Source: a virus (Duplodnaviria; Caudoviricetes). From it: DNA of 64,000 bases. Location of the stretch: the IMG/VR virus record IMGVR_UViG_3300045595_000041, positions 1-64,000 of that record; one strand, given 5' to 3'. The position numbers and the translations under genes were made by a program. Below the pieces are notes generated by a model. The model had not been told where the DNA came from. It worked only from the letters and a program-made list of their open reading frames with translations, and made no database searches. This document shows, piece by piece, positions 1 through 9,884 of this stretch (the first letter of the stretch is position 1; every line of letters starts with the position of its first letter).

Positions 1-2
1 CA

Positions 3-1133
3 GAGCTTAACAATAACGCGAACAACATTGCCACGAAAGCCGACGCGGCGGACACGACAGCAAAGCTTGCCACGAAAGCAAACAGCGCCGACGTATACAC
101 CAAAACCGCAACAGATGCGGCCATCAGTAACGCAGTTACGCCGAAGGCAAACAGCGCCGACGTATATACTCAGTCGGAAATTGATACGAAACTTTCTACC
201 AAACTCGACACCGATTTACGCACAGAAATCGTATGGATAGGCGACAGCTTCAGCGCTGGATATCAGCCGAGCGGCATCTTACCGCAGTCGCAGCGTATTC
301 CCTACATCTGTGCAAGTGACATCGGTTTGAATCCGCACGTCTACGCCAATAGCGCGAGCGGTTTCACGAAAACCGGAGACGGTGGGCTAACCATCAACGA
401 TATGGCTAACCAAGCTATCAAACTGGACGCCAATACGCGAGCTAAAACCAAGTACGTTATCGTGTATGCGGGGTTCAATGACACGGCAGACAACAACACC
501 CCCATCTCGGGTGTTGGCAATTCCTTCGATGTCACTATGGCGGCGCTAGTCAATAATTTCCCTAACGCGGAAATTCACTACGCTTTCAATTGCGGGGCAA
601 ACGGTTTGACTACAGGGCAGGGCAAGACACGTCAGATACTCGGGGCGCAAGCTATGGCAAACTCCCGTATTCGATTCAACGAAGACATCACGTGGTCGTT
701 GCTTGCGCGGGCGGAAATGGCATATAACGGCAATGACCCTCACCCAAATCCAACTGGGCAGATTTTTCTAGGCAACAATTGGGCCAACATCCTACTTGGC
801 GGATCAGCCGTAAACTACTATTCGTCACAGACGCCTATGGGCGGCGGTCTTAGCGGCAATATTAGCTTTACCGCCGCTGGGCCTAATCTCTCACTCTCCG
901 GCAAGGGTTCCGGTACGCCGCAAGGCGGGAGTGCGACTATTGCTAACCTACCAAATGTCTTTGACCTCGGGGACAATTTTCTGTACGCACTCGGCAACTC
1001 GGGCGGACAAATAGCGTTCTGGCATCTCGCGGGAGGAAACCTTCAGCATGTTGGCATCGTAGGCACCGGCAACGCGGGCGGCGGAAACTGGTGGCTACCG
1101 CCTGTTACGTTTGCTACCGGCAACCGCGTCTAA
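3..1133 (+). CDS. Tail fibre/tailspike-like protein with SGNH/GDSL hydrolase domain (5'-truncated by window edge)
   Basis: Frame is open from base 3, upstream of the 327 start in the ORF track. It encodes KANSADVYT stalk repeats, then IVWIGDSFSAG (block I), YAGFND (block III) and DPHPN (block V). GC-richer than the rest of the window. Confidence 0.8.
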   Translation, partial: ELNNNANNIATKADAADTTAKLATKANSADVYTKTATDAAISNAVTPKANSADVYTQSEIDTKLSTKLDTDLRTEIVWIGDSFSAGYQPSGILPQSQRIPYICASDIGLNPHVYANSASGFTKTGDGGLTINDMANQAIKLDANTRAKTKYVIVYAGFNDTADNNTPISGVGNSFDVTMAALVNNFPNAEIHYAFNCGANGLTTGQGKTRQILGAQAMANSRIRFNEDITWSLLARAEMAYNGNDPHPNPTGQIFLGNNWANILLGGSAVNYYSSQTPMGGGLSGNISFTAAGPNLSLSGKGSGTPQGGSATIANLPNVFDLGDNFLYALGNSGGQIAFWHLAGGNLQHVGIVGTGNAGGGNWWLPPVTFATGNRV

Positions 1134-1156
1134 CGCCGATACCTCATAGTATGTAT

Positions 1157-1196
1157 CATAACCCCAGTATAGTCATAGTGCCATACTGGGGTTATG
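1157..1196. terminator. 14-bp perfect inverted repeat (hairpin) overlapping the start codon of the next ORF
   Basis: CATAACCCCAGTAT (1157-1170) / ATACTGGGGTTATG (1183-1196), 12-nt loop. Confidence 0.6.
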
Positions 1197-1592
1197 TCTA
1201 ATCAATCCATGTATGCCATGTACGTCATAGGCGCTGTCGAATCTAATCATAATTGGAGCGCTGTTAATCCTAGCGACCCGATTACGCTCGGCATGATGCA
1301 ATGGTATGGTACCCGCGCCTATAAACTGTTAGTGCGCGGCAAGACTGCGGACGCGGACGGCTGGAATGCGTTTGCGTCCGCTGCACCCGAACTGGCGGCG
1401 CATGTTGATAACAATAATGTTGCTTGGAATGGTTATTATGTGAGCGATGCTGACGCGAACGCATGGGCGGCATGGGCGAAACGTGACGAAAACCATCAAT
1501 TCCAGCAGGTCACATGAGACAGAGACTATAATAACTATTCAAACGTTTGCAATCAGAACGGCATACCGGAAATCAATAATAAGACATGTTAG
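1194..1592 (+). pseudogene. Truncated tail-associated lysozyme-like gene
   Basis: VIGAVES...ITLGMMQWYGTRA lysozyme-like N-terminus. In-frame TGA at 1515-1517; the frame continues DRDYNNYSNVC... to TAG 1590-1592, close to where composition turns AT-rich. Confidence 0.6.
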
Positions 1593-1751
1593 TCTAATTG
1601 CAATTAGCATAATAAAAACGATATAAGTCATAGATATACAATCTTGTATGACATATGATATTACTAACAAACTAAATAGATAGAATGCATTTGAGGAATT
1701 TTATAATATTCAGATTGAATATGCTATCATTGATAGCATGCAATTATCATA

Positions 1752-1937
1752 TCAAAAGTCATGTTCTATCTTATAATCGCATAGTTCTTCATCATAACTA
1801 TTATATATCTTAGTAATGTATGAATTCTGTTCAAAAGCATAATTATATACGTCTATCTTATAGCATCTAAGCTTATGTAATTCTATGACTCTTTGACCAT
1901 TAGATAGCTCAAATACTATGCAATTGTACTTATTCAC
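1752..1937 (-). CDS. Small hypothetical protein
   Basis: 61-aa ORF in AT-rich spacer; purine-rich RBS-like sequence upstream on the minus strand. Confidence 0.4.
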   Translation of the reverse strand: MNKYNCIVFELSNGQRVIELHKLRCYKIDVYNYAFEQNSYITKIYNSYDEELCDYKIEHDF

Positions 1938-2080
1938 GATGTCTTCTTTCTATCATAAATGGCATAATTGTATTGTATGCTATTTTGATTAGACTGTACA
2001 TTTACGACAGTATTTTTCGCTATTCTTAAGTCGATTAATATATAATAGAATTAAAAGATATACATACTGAAAGGTGAACA

Positions 2081-2794
2081 ATGCATATCGTTCTACCGAA
2101 ATCTGACAGAATCAAAGCTGTCAATTGCTCAATCAATAGCAATCTGTATCTTTTCAACGCTGTAAACAATAATGTTGTCGATTCTGATCATACGCTTGAT
2201 GTGTCTTATGACAGCAACTTTTCAGATACTTTCACAAATTCATCTGGCAATAAGCAAGTCAATGTCATAGTAGAAATACCTCCACGAATCTCATTAGATA
2301 CGCCAAATGGAGTCTCATCTGGCGATGATCTTTATGTAGTCTTGACAGCAGCTTGCCCTAAAGACCAAAATGACAAAGTGATGAATCTTTATGCAGGCAT
2401 ACGAAATCCTAGTGTTTCAAATTATGCAGCTTTTGCACATTCTGATGCTAACAGTACTGACTATGATTCATGGTTCTGCATATTGAAGGCTAAAGCTGAA
2501 GCTTTCACGATATCGATAGCTGTAGATTCTGGCAATGCATTCACTAATACTGTTTCATTGTCTTCACTTGGCATCTATTCAGAAGACTCTTGGAATAGAA
2601 TGCAACAAGCAGCTCTACTTCAGATGTATCAAAGACATGTCAATGATGCTATTGATCCTGAAGTTAGATATGTCGATTCAAGTCTGCAAAGAGAGATAAC
2701 TCATGTTGCAGATCCAACTAGAGATGATTCTGCTGTCAATAAGAAGTACGTAGATAAATTGTACGATACTTTATATGCTTTAATCAATAAGTAA
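2081..2794 (+). CDS. Putative tail-fibre/receptor-binding protein (beta-sandwich module plus stalk motif)
   Basis: RBS GAAAGGTG. SEDSWNRMQQA resembles module ends of the 15410 protein; C-terminal ITHVADPTRDDSAVNKKYVD is a trimeric-fibre neck-like motif. Confidence 0.5.
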   Translation: MHIVLPKSDRIKAVNCSINSNLYLFNAVNNNVVDSDHTLDVSYDSNFSDTFTNSSGNKQVNVIVEIPPRISLDTPNGVSSGDDLYVVLTAACPKDQNDKVMNLYAGIRNPSVSNYAAFAHSDANSTDYDSWFCILKAKAEAFTISIAVDSGNAFTNTVSLSSLGIYSEDSWNRMQQAALLQMYQRHVNDAIDPEVRYVDSSLQREITHVADPTRDDSAVNKKYVDKLYDTLYALINK

Positions 2795-2841
2795 AAAGCA
2801 GTATTTCGTTCATCAGTTGATATGAATAAAATAGTTTGTAG

Positions 2842-3054
2842 CTACATAGAAAGCAGATAATAATAACAATAGATAAGCTTAAGAACAAAGACTCAGTAAC
2901 GAATCTTTTGTCAATGTCTGTAGCAAGGATTTCAGATTTTGCTGTTTTCAATTATAGTGGCGGTGCAAAACCTGTAGCTTCAGACTGGAATGCGCTTCAA
3001 TACACTAACAATCAATACTTTGATGGCAGTACTGATCTGTTGTCAAACAATTAG
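2842..3054 (+). pseudogene. Internally deleted remnant of a tail CBM-like module
   Basis: Open frame reads ...VTNLLSMSV...SDWNALQYTNNQYFDGSTDLLSNN*, matching the NL...DW...YFDG module ends of the large tail protein. Confidence 0.5.
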
Positions 3055-3076
3055 AACACAAAACTAAGTAGAAAGT

Positions 3077-3472
3077 ATGAATATGGACATTCAAATCATT
3101 CAGTCAGCATCGACAGTGCTACTGGTCTTGGTCATACCATTTGCAATCCAAGCAATAAAGACTAAAGCTATGTCGGCAAATGCATCAAGAGTTGTAGCAT
3201 TGGTATTGTCTCTTGTAGCTGGAGCTATAGGCGGATTCATCAACGGCATTCCTGAAACTCCAGCATTGTGGGTTACAGTTATATTCGCTATTGTTGGTGG
3301 CATTCAGACAGCATACGCTGCTTTCAAGGCTGTCGGCATTACTAACAAGTGGCTTGATGCATTGCTTGAGATTGGCAATGTATCAGCTGCAGAACCAGCA
3401 AAAGCAGTAGAGCCAGCAGCACCTGCTGAAACAGCTGCAGCTTCACCAATTCCTACAGATCATGCTGAATAG
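3077..3472 (+). CDS. Holin
   Basis: Three hydrophobic segments, Ala/Pro-rich tail, directly upstream of the endolysin. Confidence 0.75.
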   Translation: MNMDIQIIQSASTVLLVLVIPFAIQAIKTKAMSANASRVVALVLSLVAGAIGGFINGIPETPALWVTVIFAIVGGIQTAYAAFKAVGITNKWLDALLEIGNVSAAEPAKAVEPAAPAETAAASPIPTDHAE

Positions 3473-3492
3473 GATATAGCAAGTCAACTCTC

Positions 3493-3597
3493 TATATCAC
3501 AAGATTAACGACGTTTATCTCTAGTAACATATAGTATTAAGTATATATAATTAATAATACTTGAAATTCTAGGTCACTAGAGATAAACGTCATCATT
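3493..3597. repeat. Dispersed palindromic element, copy A
   Basis: GACGTTTATCTCTAGT 3510-3525 / ACTAGAGATAAACGTC 3576-3591; ACGT cores at 3511 and 3587; axis AA|TT at 3550/3551. Confidence 0.9.
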
Positions 3598-3620
3598 TCA
3601 AACAAAAAAAGGAGATTCTA

Positions 3621-4757
3621 ATGCTTAGAATCGTAGACATAAGCAATTTCAAGGCAGATGTCAATCCAGCAGCTCTTGATTGCGATGGCTTAGTAGTCCA
3701 GTGCACTTGGGGTGCAGGAGAGCTGACTGTCAATGGCATAGTCAACTCTGTATGGCAAGTAGCAGATTCCAAGATACAGTCTGCTGCTGGATCAGGCAAA
3801 GCTGTAGGGTACATGCACTACATCAGAGGCGTTGGTGCTGAAGCAGAAGCTCAGTTCTTTGCCAAGTCTACTGAAGGCTACCTTCACAAGTTCGTTCCAT
3901 CTGTAGACTGGGAGGGTGGAGACAATGCAGCTTGGGGCAATCCAGGCTATCTAGACAGATGGCTTGCAGAATACATACGCATAACTAATGTGCATCCTGT
4001 AGTATATCGTCAGCGTTCAGTTGCAGGCTCTGTAGACCCTATAGCTGCAAAGTACAATTGCATGGTATGGGATGCGATGTATGCAGACATGAACCCCACA
4101 GGCTGGCAGACTGATCCATGGGACATGGCTGGATATGCTATGCGCCAGTTCACTTCATCTGGAACTATCGGCGGCTATAACGGCAGACTTGATCTTAGCA
4201 TCTTCGTTGGAGACAGAAACGCTTGGAACAAGATAGCTGGTGGCAATGGCTCAGCTCCTGCTCCAGCACCTACTCCTGCACCGTCTAATGCAACCACTGT
4301 AAATGTTCATTATGGACTTCATCAACTAGGTGCTGGCTGGCTTGGAGATGTAGTCAACTTCAACAATGCTAATGACAATGGCTTTGCTGGATATCCAAAT
4401 CATCAACATGACATGCTTTATGCTTGGGTAGACAGAGGACGTCTTGACTACTCAGTCCATACTTTGCAAGACGGATGGCTTCCATCGGTCATGTATGGTG
4501 ATCCAAGAGACACTGTCAACAAATGCGCTGGAGTATTCGGTCATGCTATAGATGGAGTCAAGTTCTACTACACGACTCCGAATGGTGAGAATCTGAAGCA
4601 AGCATGGTACAGATCTCAGACGACCCAGAGAGCAGGATGGCTTGGGACTTGCTGCGATGATGGAAAGTCTGTGCCTGGCTTCGATGGCTTTGCCGGTGTG
4701 CTTGGTGAGCCTCTTGACAGACTTCAGCTAGCTATAGCAAGCAGCAATCCCTTCTAG
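3621..4757 (+). CDS. Endolysin (GH25 muramidase plus C-terminal cell-wall-binding repeats)
   Basis: IVDIS, VDWE, RQFTS and LDLS GH25 motifs; PAPAPTPAP linker; GWL-containing C-terminal repeats. Confidence 0.88.
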   Translation: MLRIVDISNFKADVNPAALDCDGLVVQCTWGAGELTVNGIVNSVWQVADSKIQSAAGSGKAVGYMHYIRGVGAEAEAQFFAKSTEGYLHKFVPSVDWEGGDNAAWGNPGYLDRWLAEYIRITNVHPVVYRQRSVAGSVDPIAAKYNCMVWDAMYADMNPTGWQTDPWDMAGYAMRQFTSSGTIGGYNGRLDLSIFVGDRNAWNKIAGGNGSAPAPAPTPAPSNATTVNVHYGLHQLGAGWLGDVVNFNNANDNGFAGYPNHQHDMLYAWVDRGRLDYSVHTLQDGWLPSVMYGDPRDTVNKCAGVFGHAIDGVKFYYTTPNGENLKQAWYRSQTTQRAGWLGTCCDDGKSVPGFDGFAGVLGEPLDRLQLAIASSNPF

Positions 4758-4787
4758 TCATGTATCAAAGCTTGCAATAGCAAGTAT

Positions 4788-4837
4788 GCAGTTTCATATG
4801 GTTGGCATGCTTATGCAGGTGCCAACCTGTGAAATGC
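4788..4837. terminator. Long hairpin downstream of endolysin
   Basis: TTTCATA.GGTTGGCA...TGCCAACC TGTGAAA extended stem. Confidence 0.5.
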
Positions 4838-4909
4838 TGATAAGATGTTATAATATAATTATATGGATCGGAAACAAAGCATTCTGATTCTTTTACCGAA
4901 AAGAGCTTC

Positions 4910-6241
4910 ATGGAAACAGATACTGATAGCATAGACAAGTCAGATGTCTTAGATGACACTGATGACGTGACTGCTGAAGAAGACTCCGGCAAAGACAACG
5001 ATTTCGTAGAGTCAGATTCTAACGAAGCTATAGAAGATGAAAGCTCTGCAAGCGATGAAGATGATGAAGATAACGAAGACATTGCAAAAGCAATATCTGA
5101 CGGATTCGACAAAGTCTTGAAAGCTATCAATAGTGAAACCAAATCATGTGAGACAGGAAAGGGCCGATACATGAAAAGAAATGCAAGCAAGAGAGTTGCT
5201 GACGAAGCTACTGCTCCAAAATCAGCTGATGAGATTCTAGACGATGTCAAAGACAATGGCGTAGACTATGAGAATGTCATTGACGATCTTTCAGGCGCAA
5301 AGGATCCTGATCAGCCTGTAGGCGACAATGAAGATGGCGGCTCAGCAGAGCCTGACTATCCAGTCGATTCTGAGACTGATGCTCCGAAGACACCTAAGCC
5401 AGACAAGCCTTCTGAAGATACAGCTAGCACTGCATCTGTAATGCGTCTTGTCGATTCCTACATCAAGGCTGGAGTCATTGCTGAAGCTAATCGTTTTGAT
5501 GCTATCGAAAGAATGGCCTCGATGACTAAGGCTTCTGTCAAGAATCAGCTTGTTGCTGTCAAAGCAGTCTCCAAAGCTTCTGCTAAGAGGCTTGCAGCTG
5601 TCAAGGCTTCTGCAAAGAAAACAGCGGATCTCGACTGGGATTACAGTAATGACAATGGCGTAGACACTTATATGGCATACGATTCAGATGGCACTTTCAT
5701 CGGAATAATCACTGAAGGCATGTACGATCAAGACGGTAAATGGCTAGCTACCTTCACTATTCCAGATCATGACCCTGCTACTAAGTCTTTTGATACTCTA
5801 GATGAAGCTAAGCAATATCTGTCTGCAGATCAACCTGCTCTATTTGCTTCTAAGCATGAGCGCAAGGCTTCTGCTAAGAGACTTGTAGCTGCAAAAGCTT
5901 CTGCAAAGAAAGCCGATCTGTCTATGACTTCTGATGAAGATGGCACTCATGTCACTATAGATGGCGAGACTACTGATTTTGACAATACTGCTGACGCATT
6001 GAAGTTCATTTCAGAAAAGACTGGCAAGCCTGAAGATGATGATAAAGATGATACAACTGCGTCTTTGAATGCTAAGCGTATTGCTGCTCTGAAAGCTGCT
6101 AAGCGAATCGCAGCAAATCACAATAGAATTGCTAAAGCTAAGACTGCTGCTTTCGAAGCAAGAAAAGAAGCTCGCAAGCCATTGAAGCTAGCTTCTGCTA
6201 CTCCGTCATTCGATTCTTCTATCGACATGGCACTAATCTGA
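4910..6241 (+). CDS. Acidic scaffold/internal head protein
   Basis: Very acidic, with basic Ala/Lys repeats (KASAKRLAA..KASAKK) present twice; upstream of decoration and capsid genes. A strong RBS also precedes the in-frame ATG at 5171. Confidence 0.55.
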   Translation: METDTDSIDKSDVLDDTDDVTAEEDSGKDNDFVESDSNEAIEDESSASDEDDEDNEDIAKAISDGFDKVLKAINSETKSCETGKGRYMKRNASKRVADEATAPKSADEILDDVKDNGVDYENVIDDLSGAKDPDQPVGDNEDGGSAEPDYPVDSETDAPKTPKPDKPSEDTASTASVMRLVDSYIKAGVIAEANRFDAIERMASMTKASVKNQLVAVKAVSKASAKRLAAVKASAKKTADLDWDYSNDNGVDTYMAYDSDGTFIGIITEGMYDQDGKWLATFTIPDHDPATKSFDTLDEAKQYLSADQPALFASKHERKASAKRLVAAKASAKKADLSMTSDEDGTHVTIDGETTDFDNTADALKFISEKTGKPEDDDKDDTTASLNAKRIAALKAAKRIAANHNRIAKAKTAAFEARKEARKPLKLASATPSFDSSIDMALI

Positions 6242-6275
6242 TAACCGACAACGATCAAAAAGAAAGACTTAACAG

Positions 6276-6764
6276 ATGATCACAGTCAATACTGTAAAAG
6301 ATGCATTTCTTCATAGAACTGCTAAGGTAGAGTACAGCAATGAAGTTCAGTTCGCTGGCACTCTAAAGACTCCTAACGACAAAGAGATTCTTCCTGGAAT
6401 GGTCATGAAGCATCTCGGCAATAACGTTGTCGATCTTTATGACGGCACAGGCACGCCTTTCGGTCTAGCTTCTGTCTTCTATGCAAGAACATTTGGCAAT
6501 GGTGGCGTCAACCAGCTTGGTCCGAACAACGAGTTCACTGTAATTGTTGGTGGAAACAATACTACAGTTCGCATTTCTAAAGAAGCAATTGCTACAGATG
6601 CTGCTTTTGCTTTCCCAGGAACTGGTGTAGCAGTCCCAGTCAATGCTGGTGCAGATGGAAAGCTTACTTCCAAAGCTGGTGCTAGAGTTGGCAATCTACT
6701 AGAACTTGATGATGACTCTATCGTCATTCAGCTTCTAGATCCGTCAGTCATCGCTAACGCTTGA
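6276..6764 (+). CDS. Capsid decoration/cement protein
   Basis: 162 aa directly upstream of MCP; ILPGMVM...PFGL and Gly-rich beta character. Confidence 0.6.
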   Translation: MITVNTVKDAFLHRTAKVEYSNEVQFAGTLKTPNDKEILPGMVMKHLGNNVVDLYDGTGTPFGLASVFYARTFGNGGVNQLGPNNEFTVIVGGNNTTVRISKEAIATDAAFAFPGTGVAVPVNAGADGKLTSKAGARVGNLLELDDDSIVIQLLDPSVIANA

Positions 6765-6779
6765 TTTTAAGAAAGGCTT

Positions 6780-7748
6780 ATGTCAAAAATCATGACTAAT
6801 ACAGAACACAAGGCTAGACTAGCCAAAGAATATGCTGAGCAAGCACAGAAGAGAATTGCTGCAAAGCAAACTCTAACTAAAGACCAGAAGAGAGCTAAGC
6901 TAGCTCAGATCTTCCGTGAAGGCGGATCTGCTAAGCTTGCTCAAGCTATGGTTGGCCCGATTTCAATTCGTGTCAACTATGAAGGCATTGCTCGTCAGGC
7001 ACTAGTAGAAGACATGGTGCCGCAGGGAACTATTCGTGCTTATCCCGTTCTTGATGAGCTTCCTGCAGCTTATGCTCTCAACTCCAATGATGGTGAAGTA
7101 AGAGTCAGCAGAATTGAAGGCAAGCAGGTCATTCCGCAGTACGGCAGAATTGCTGCAGAGTACGAGATCTCAAGAACTGATATCGAGCTTCTTGCTGCTT
7201 CTCCTATCGATTATGCAGAGAACATGACTGTCCAGCAGATTGCAAAGCAGGAAGATGCTTTGCTTTATGATGGTCTCGATCTTGCTGTCGATGCTTGGAA
7301 AGAATTGCATCCAGGCAATACAGACAATGATGTGACTCTGTCTTCGAACACATTCACTCTTGATTCATTCCTAGATGCGCAAGCTCATATCTTGGATCAG
7401 CAGGTCAATGTAAAGAACATCATCACCTCTCCTGGTGCAGCTCTTGACATGTACCGCTGGGATCTGACTGTTGCAGGCGTATCCTTCAAGGATGACTACT
7501 TCGCTGGATACAAGAGAACCACTTTCGGTGACTTCAATGTCCTTCAGGCTATCACTGTTCCTAAGAATACTGTATACGTTACTGCTCCATCAGACATGCT
7601 TGGAATTTTCTCGACTCGATATGGGCTGGAATCGACTAACGATCCTACAAGTGTAAGCAACTTTATGATACGAAATATTTTCGACGAGCTCGTGTCGGTT
7701 TGCATTCTTAACGCGCTCGCCGTTGTAAAGATCAAGAAGACTGCTTGA
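6780..7748 (+). CDS. Major capsid protein (Bxz1-like, HK97 fold)
   Basis: LAQAMVGPISIRVNYEGIARQALVED...IAKQED closely resembles the cluster C mycobacteriophage MCP as recalled; strongly biased codons. Confidence 0.88.
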   Translation: MSKIMTNTEHKARLAKEYAEQAQKRIAAKQTLTKDQKRAKLAQIFREGGSAKLAQAMVGPISIRVNYEGIARQALVEDMVPQGTIRAYPVLDELPAAYALNSNDGEVRVSRIEGKQVIPQYGRIAAEYEISRTDIELLAASPIDYAENMTVQQIAKQEDALLYDGLDLAVDAWKELHPGNTDNDVTLSSNTFTLDSFLDAQAHILDQQVNVKNIITSPGAALDMYRWDLTVAGVSFKDDYFAGYKRTTFGDFNVLQAITVPKNTVYVTAPSDMLGIFSTRYGLESTNDPTSVSNFMIRNIFDELVSVCILNALAVVKIKKTA

Positions 7749-7769
7749 TCTTAGCCCTCTAGCTTCAAA

Positions 7770-7802
7770 AAGTCCTGAGCATGACTTAAAACTGCTCTTT
7801 TT
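7770..7802 (+). terminator. H-type pseudoknot followed by U-tract after MCP
   Basis: Stem 1 AAGTC/GACTT, stem 2 GAGCA/TGCTC, then TTTTT. Confidence 0.6.
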
Positions 7803-7831
7803 CTATATTCATTTGTAGATTGTCTTTTCAG

Positions 7832-7936
7832 TATATCACCAGATTAACTACGTTGTTATCTAGTGACTTCTTAGTATAAGTCTTATAAATTATATATACA
7901 TGAAATTCTAGATCAACACAGGACAACGTCGTTAAT
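7832..7936. repeat. Dispersed palindromic element, copy B
   Basis: ACGT cores at 7850 and 7926; axis AA|TT at 7889/7890. Confidence 0.85.
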
Positions 7937-7968
7937 GTTAAGTATCTAGTAGTAAACATGCCCAGTAT

Positions 7969-7997
7969 TTTACTTTTGTACAATATTGTTATATAAT
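7969..7997 (+). promoter_or_regulatory. Sigma70-type promoter
   Basis: TTTACT-N17-TATAAT; ATG at 8004 suggests a leaderless transcript. Confidence 0.75.
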
Positions 7998-8003
7998 ATA
8001 AAT

Positions 8004-9797
8004 ATGGCATATGAAATGAAAACATGCAAAAAATGTGGAAAGCAATTCAAAGTAGGAGTAGTAGACGGTCTTTGCAGACATTGCAGAACAAAGACTTTCA
8101 TTTGCAAGACTTGTGGCAAAGAATACTTAAGCATTAAAGAATTGCCTGAATGTAAGGAGTGCCAAGATTCTCATTTCGAATGGAAATGCGATATATGCGG
8201 CAAGATATACAAGACTAAGAAAAGCTTAGCTAATCATAAGAAATATCATGATGTCAGCTTTAGAGACAAAATGTCAGAAAAAATGAAAGGTAGAATTTTT
8301 TCTGATGAAACTAAAGCAAAGATGTCTGCAACTAGAACTGGAAAGAAAGATTCTGAAAAGACTAGAGCTATCAAATCTGAAGTCATGAAGAAAAGATGGG
8401 ACTCTCCAGGGTATCGTGAAGCGTATCATAAGAACAATGTTGGCAGAATAGAATCTGAAGAGCAGAAAGCGAAACTGTCTAGAAAAGCTTATGAACGATG
8501 GTCGAATCCAGAATTCAAAGCTAGAATGACTAAGATAATTAGAAATACTACACCAGAAGTCATGAAAAGACCTGAAGTCAGGAAAGCTATTTCTAATGGT
8601 AGAAAAGCTTATTTTGCTAAGCCTGGATCTCTTGAAAAACACGGCCTCATAACTAAGAAATATATGAGCAGGCCAGAAGTTAGAGCTAAACTGTCAGCAT
8701 CGATATCAAAAGCTATGAACATGCCTGAACACAAAGCTAAAATGAAAGCTATTAGAGATAGCCCTGAATTTAAAAAGAAGACAAGAATAACAAGAATGAG
8801 AAACATTGGATGGTCAGAAGATCAGATCAGGTTCTTTGAAGATGATGAATATGCAAAGAAAACGATAGAAGATTCAAAGTCTAATACGTACTATTCATTT
8901 ATGAAAGACTTAGGATTGTATTCTCAGAAAGTTGGTAGACGTATACGTGAATTAGATTTGCAAGACAAGTTTCTTGGGAATAATAGGATTCAGCATTCTC
9001 AAGGAGAGTTGGAGCTTCTAGATTTTATCAAAACTTTTGATGAAGATGCATGCTGCGATAGAAAAGCTCTTAAAGGGAAAGAGCTAGATGTCTATTCAAA
9101 AAAGAACAAGCTTGCTTTCGAATTTGATGGACTGTACTGGCATTCTGAACAGCGTGTTGGAAAAACTGCAGCATTGCAAAAGACTGAAAGTTGCAATAGC
9201 ATAGGAATTCGACTTGTCCATATATACGAAAATGAATGGTGGCATAAGCAAGAAATTGTGAAGTCTATGATAAGGTCTTCATTTGGAAAAGACAGAAGAA
9301 TATTTGCAAGAAAATGCGAAGTAGTTGAAGTATCTTCTAGCGAATCTAAAAAATTCTTAGATTCTAATCATCTTCAAGGAAATGTCAATAGCAAGTATAG
9401 ACTTGGATTGTATTTCAATGGAGAGCTTGTTGCAGCCATGACATTTGGAAAGCCAAGATTCAGCAATTTTGATGGAATAGAGCTACTGCGTTTTGCAAAC
9501 AAGATGGGTGTCAATGTTGTTGGTGGCGAATCTAGACTATTCAAGAACGCTATAAGAATCTGGGGATTCGACAAAGTCATATCTTATTGTGACAGATCGA
9601 AGTTCACTGGCAACGGCTATACAAAGATTGGAATGAAATTTGAAAGATATACTGATCCTTCATATATTTGGACAAATGGAATAGATATACGATCAAGATA
9701 TAGCGTTCTGACAAAAGATGAGTATGAAAGCATGTCTAAAGCTGGTTATTGGAGAGTATTCAATTGCGGAACGTCTGTATTCACTTGGCAATTATAG
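8004..9797 (+). mobile_element. Free-standing homing endonuclease (Hef-like)
   Basis: Zn ribbons and a C2H2 finger; NUMOD3-like SDETKAKMS repeats; ELDVY...AFEFDGLYWH nuclease motif; C-terminal FARKC...HLQG...ELLRFA...SYCDR domain; AT-richer than flanks. Confidence 0.75.
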
Positions 9798-9840
9798 TCT
9801 GATTATTGTTTAGCCTATTCAGCAAATTTTCTTGCATATG

Positions 9841-9851
9841 ATATAATCATA
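9841..9851 (+). promoter_or_regulatory. Candidate late-promoter motif ATATAATCATA (also at 12375 and 15338)
   Basis: Identical 11-mer upstream of three virion gene blocks, with no TTTACW -35 box. Confidence 0.4.
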
Positions 9852-9884
9852 TATATAGGATACAAACTACAAGGAGACATCATA

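Noticed and set aside
28-240. 70-aa ORF in the track
   Set aside because: Shadow frame of the SGNH fibre gene, which is open from base 3.
1515-1517. Stop-codon reassignment (TGA read-through)
   Set aside because: Isolated case in a truncated gene. TGA, TAG and TAA all end genes normally elsewhere, and coding density is high with the standard code.
7749-9884. Group I intron around the homing endonuclease
   Set aside because: MCP appears complete before it, no downstream exon or recognisable intron core was seen, and the gene has its own promoter.
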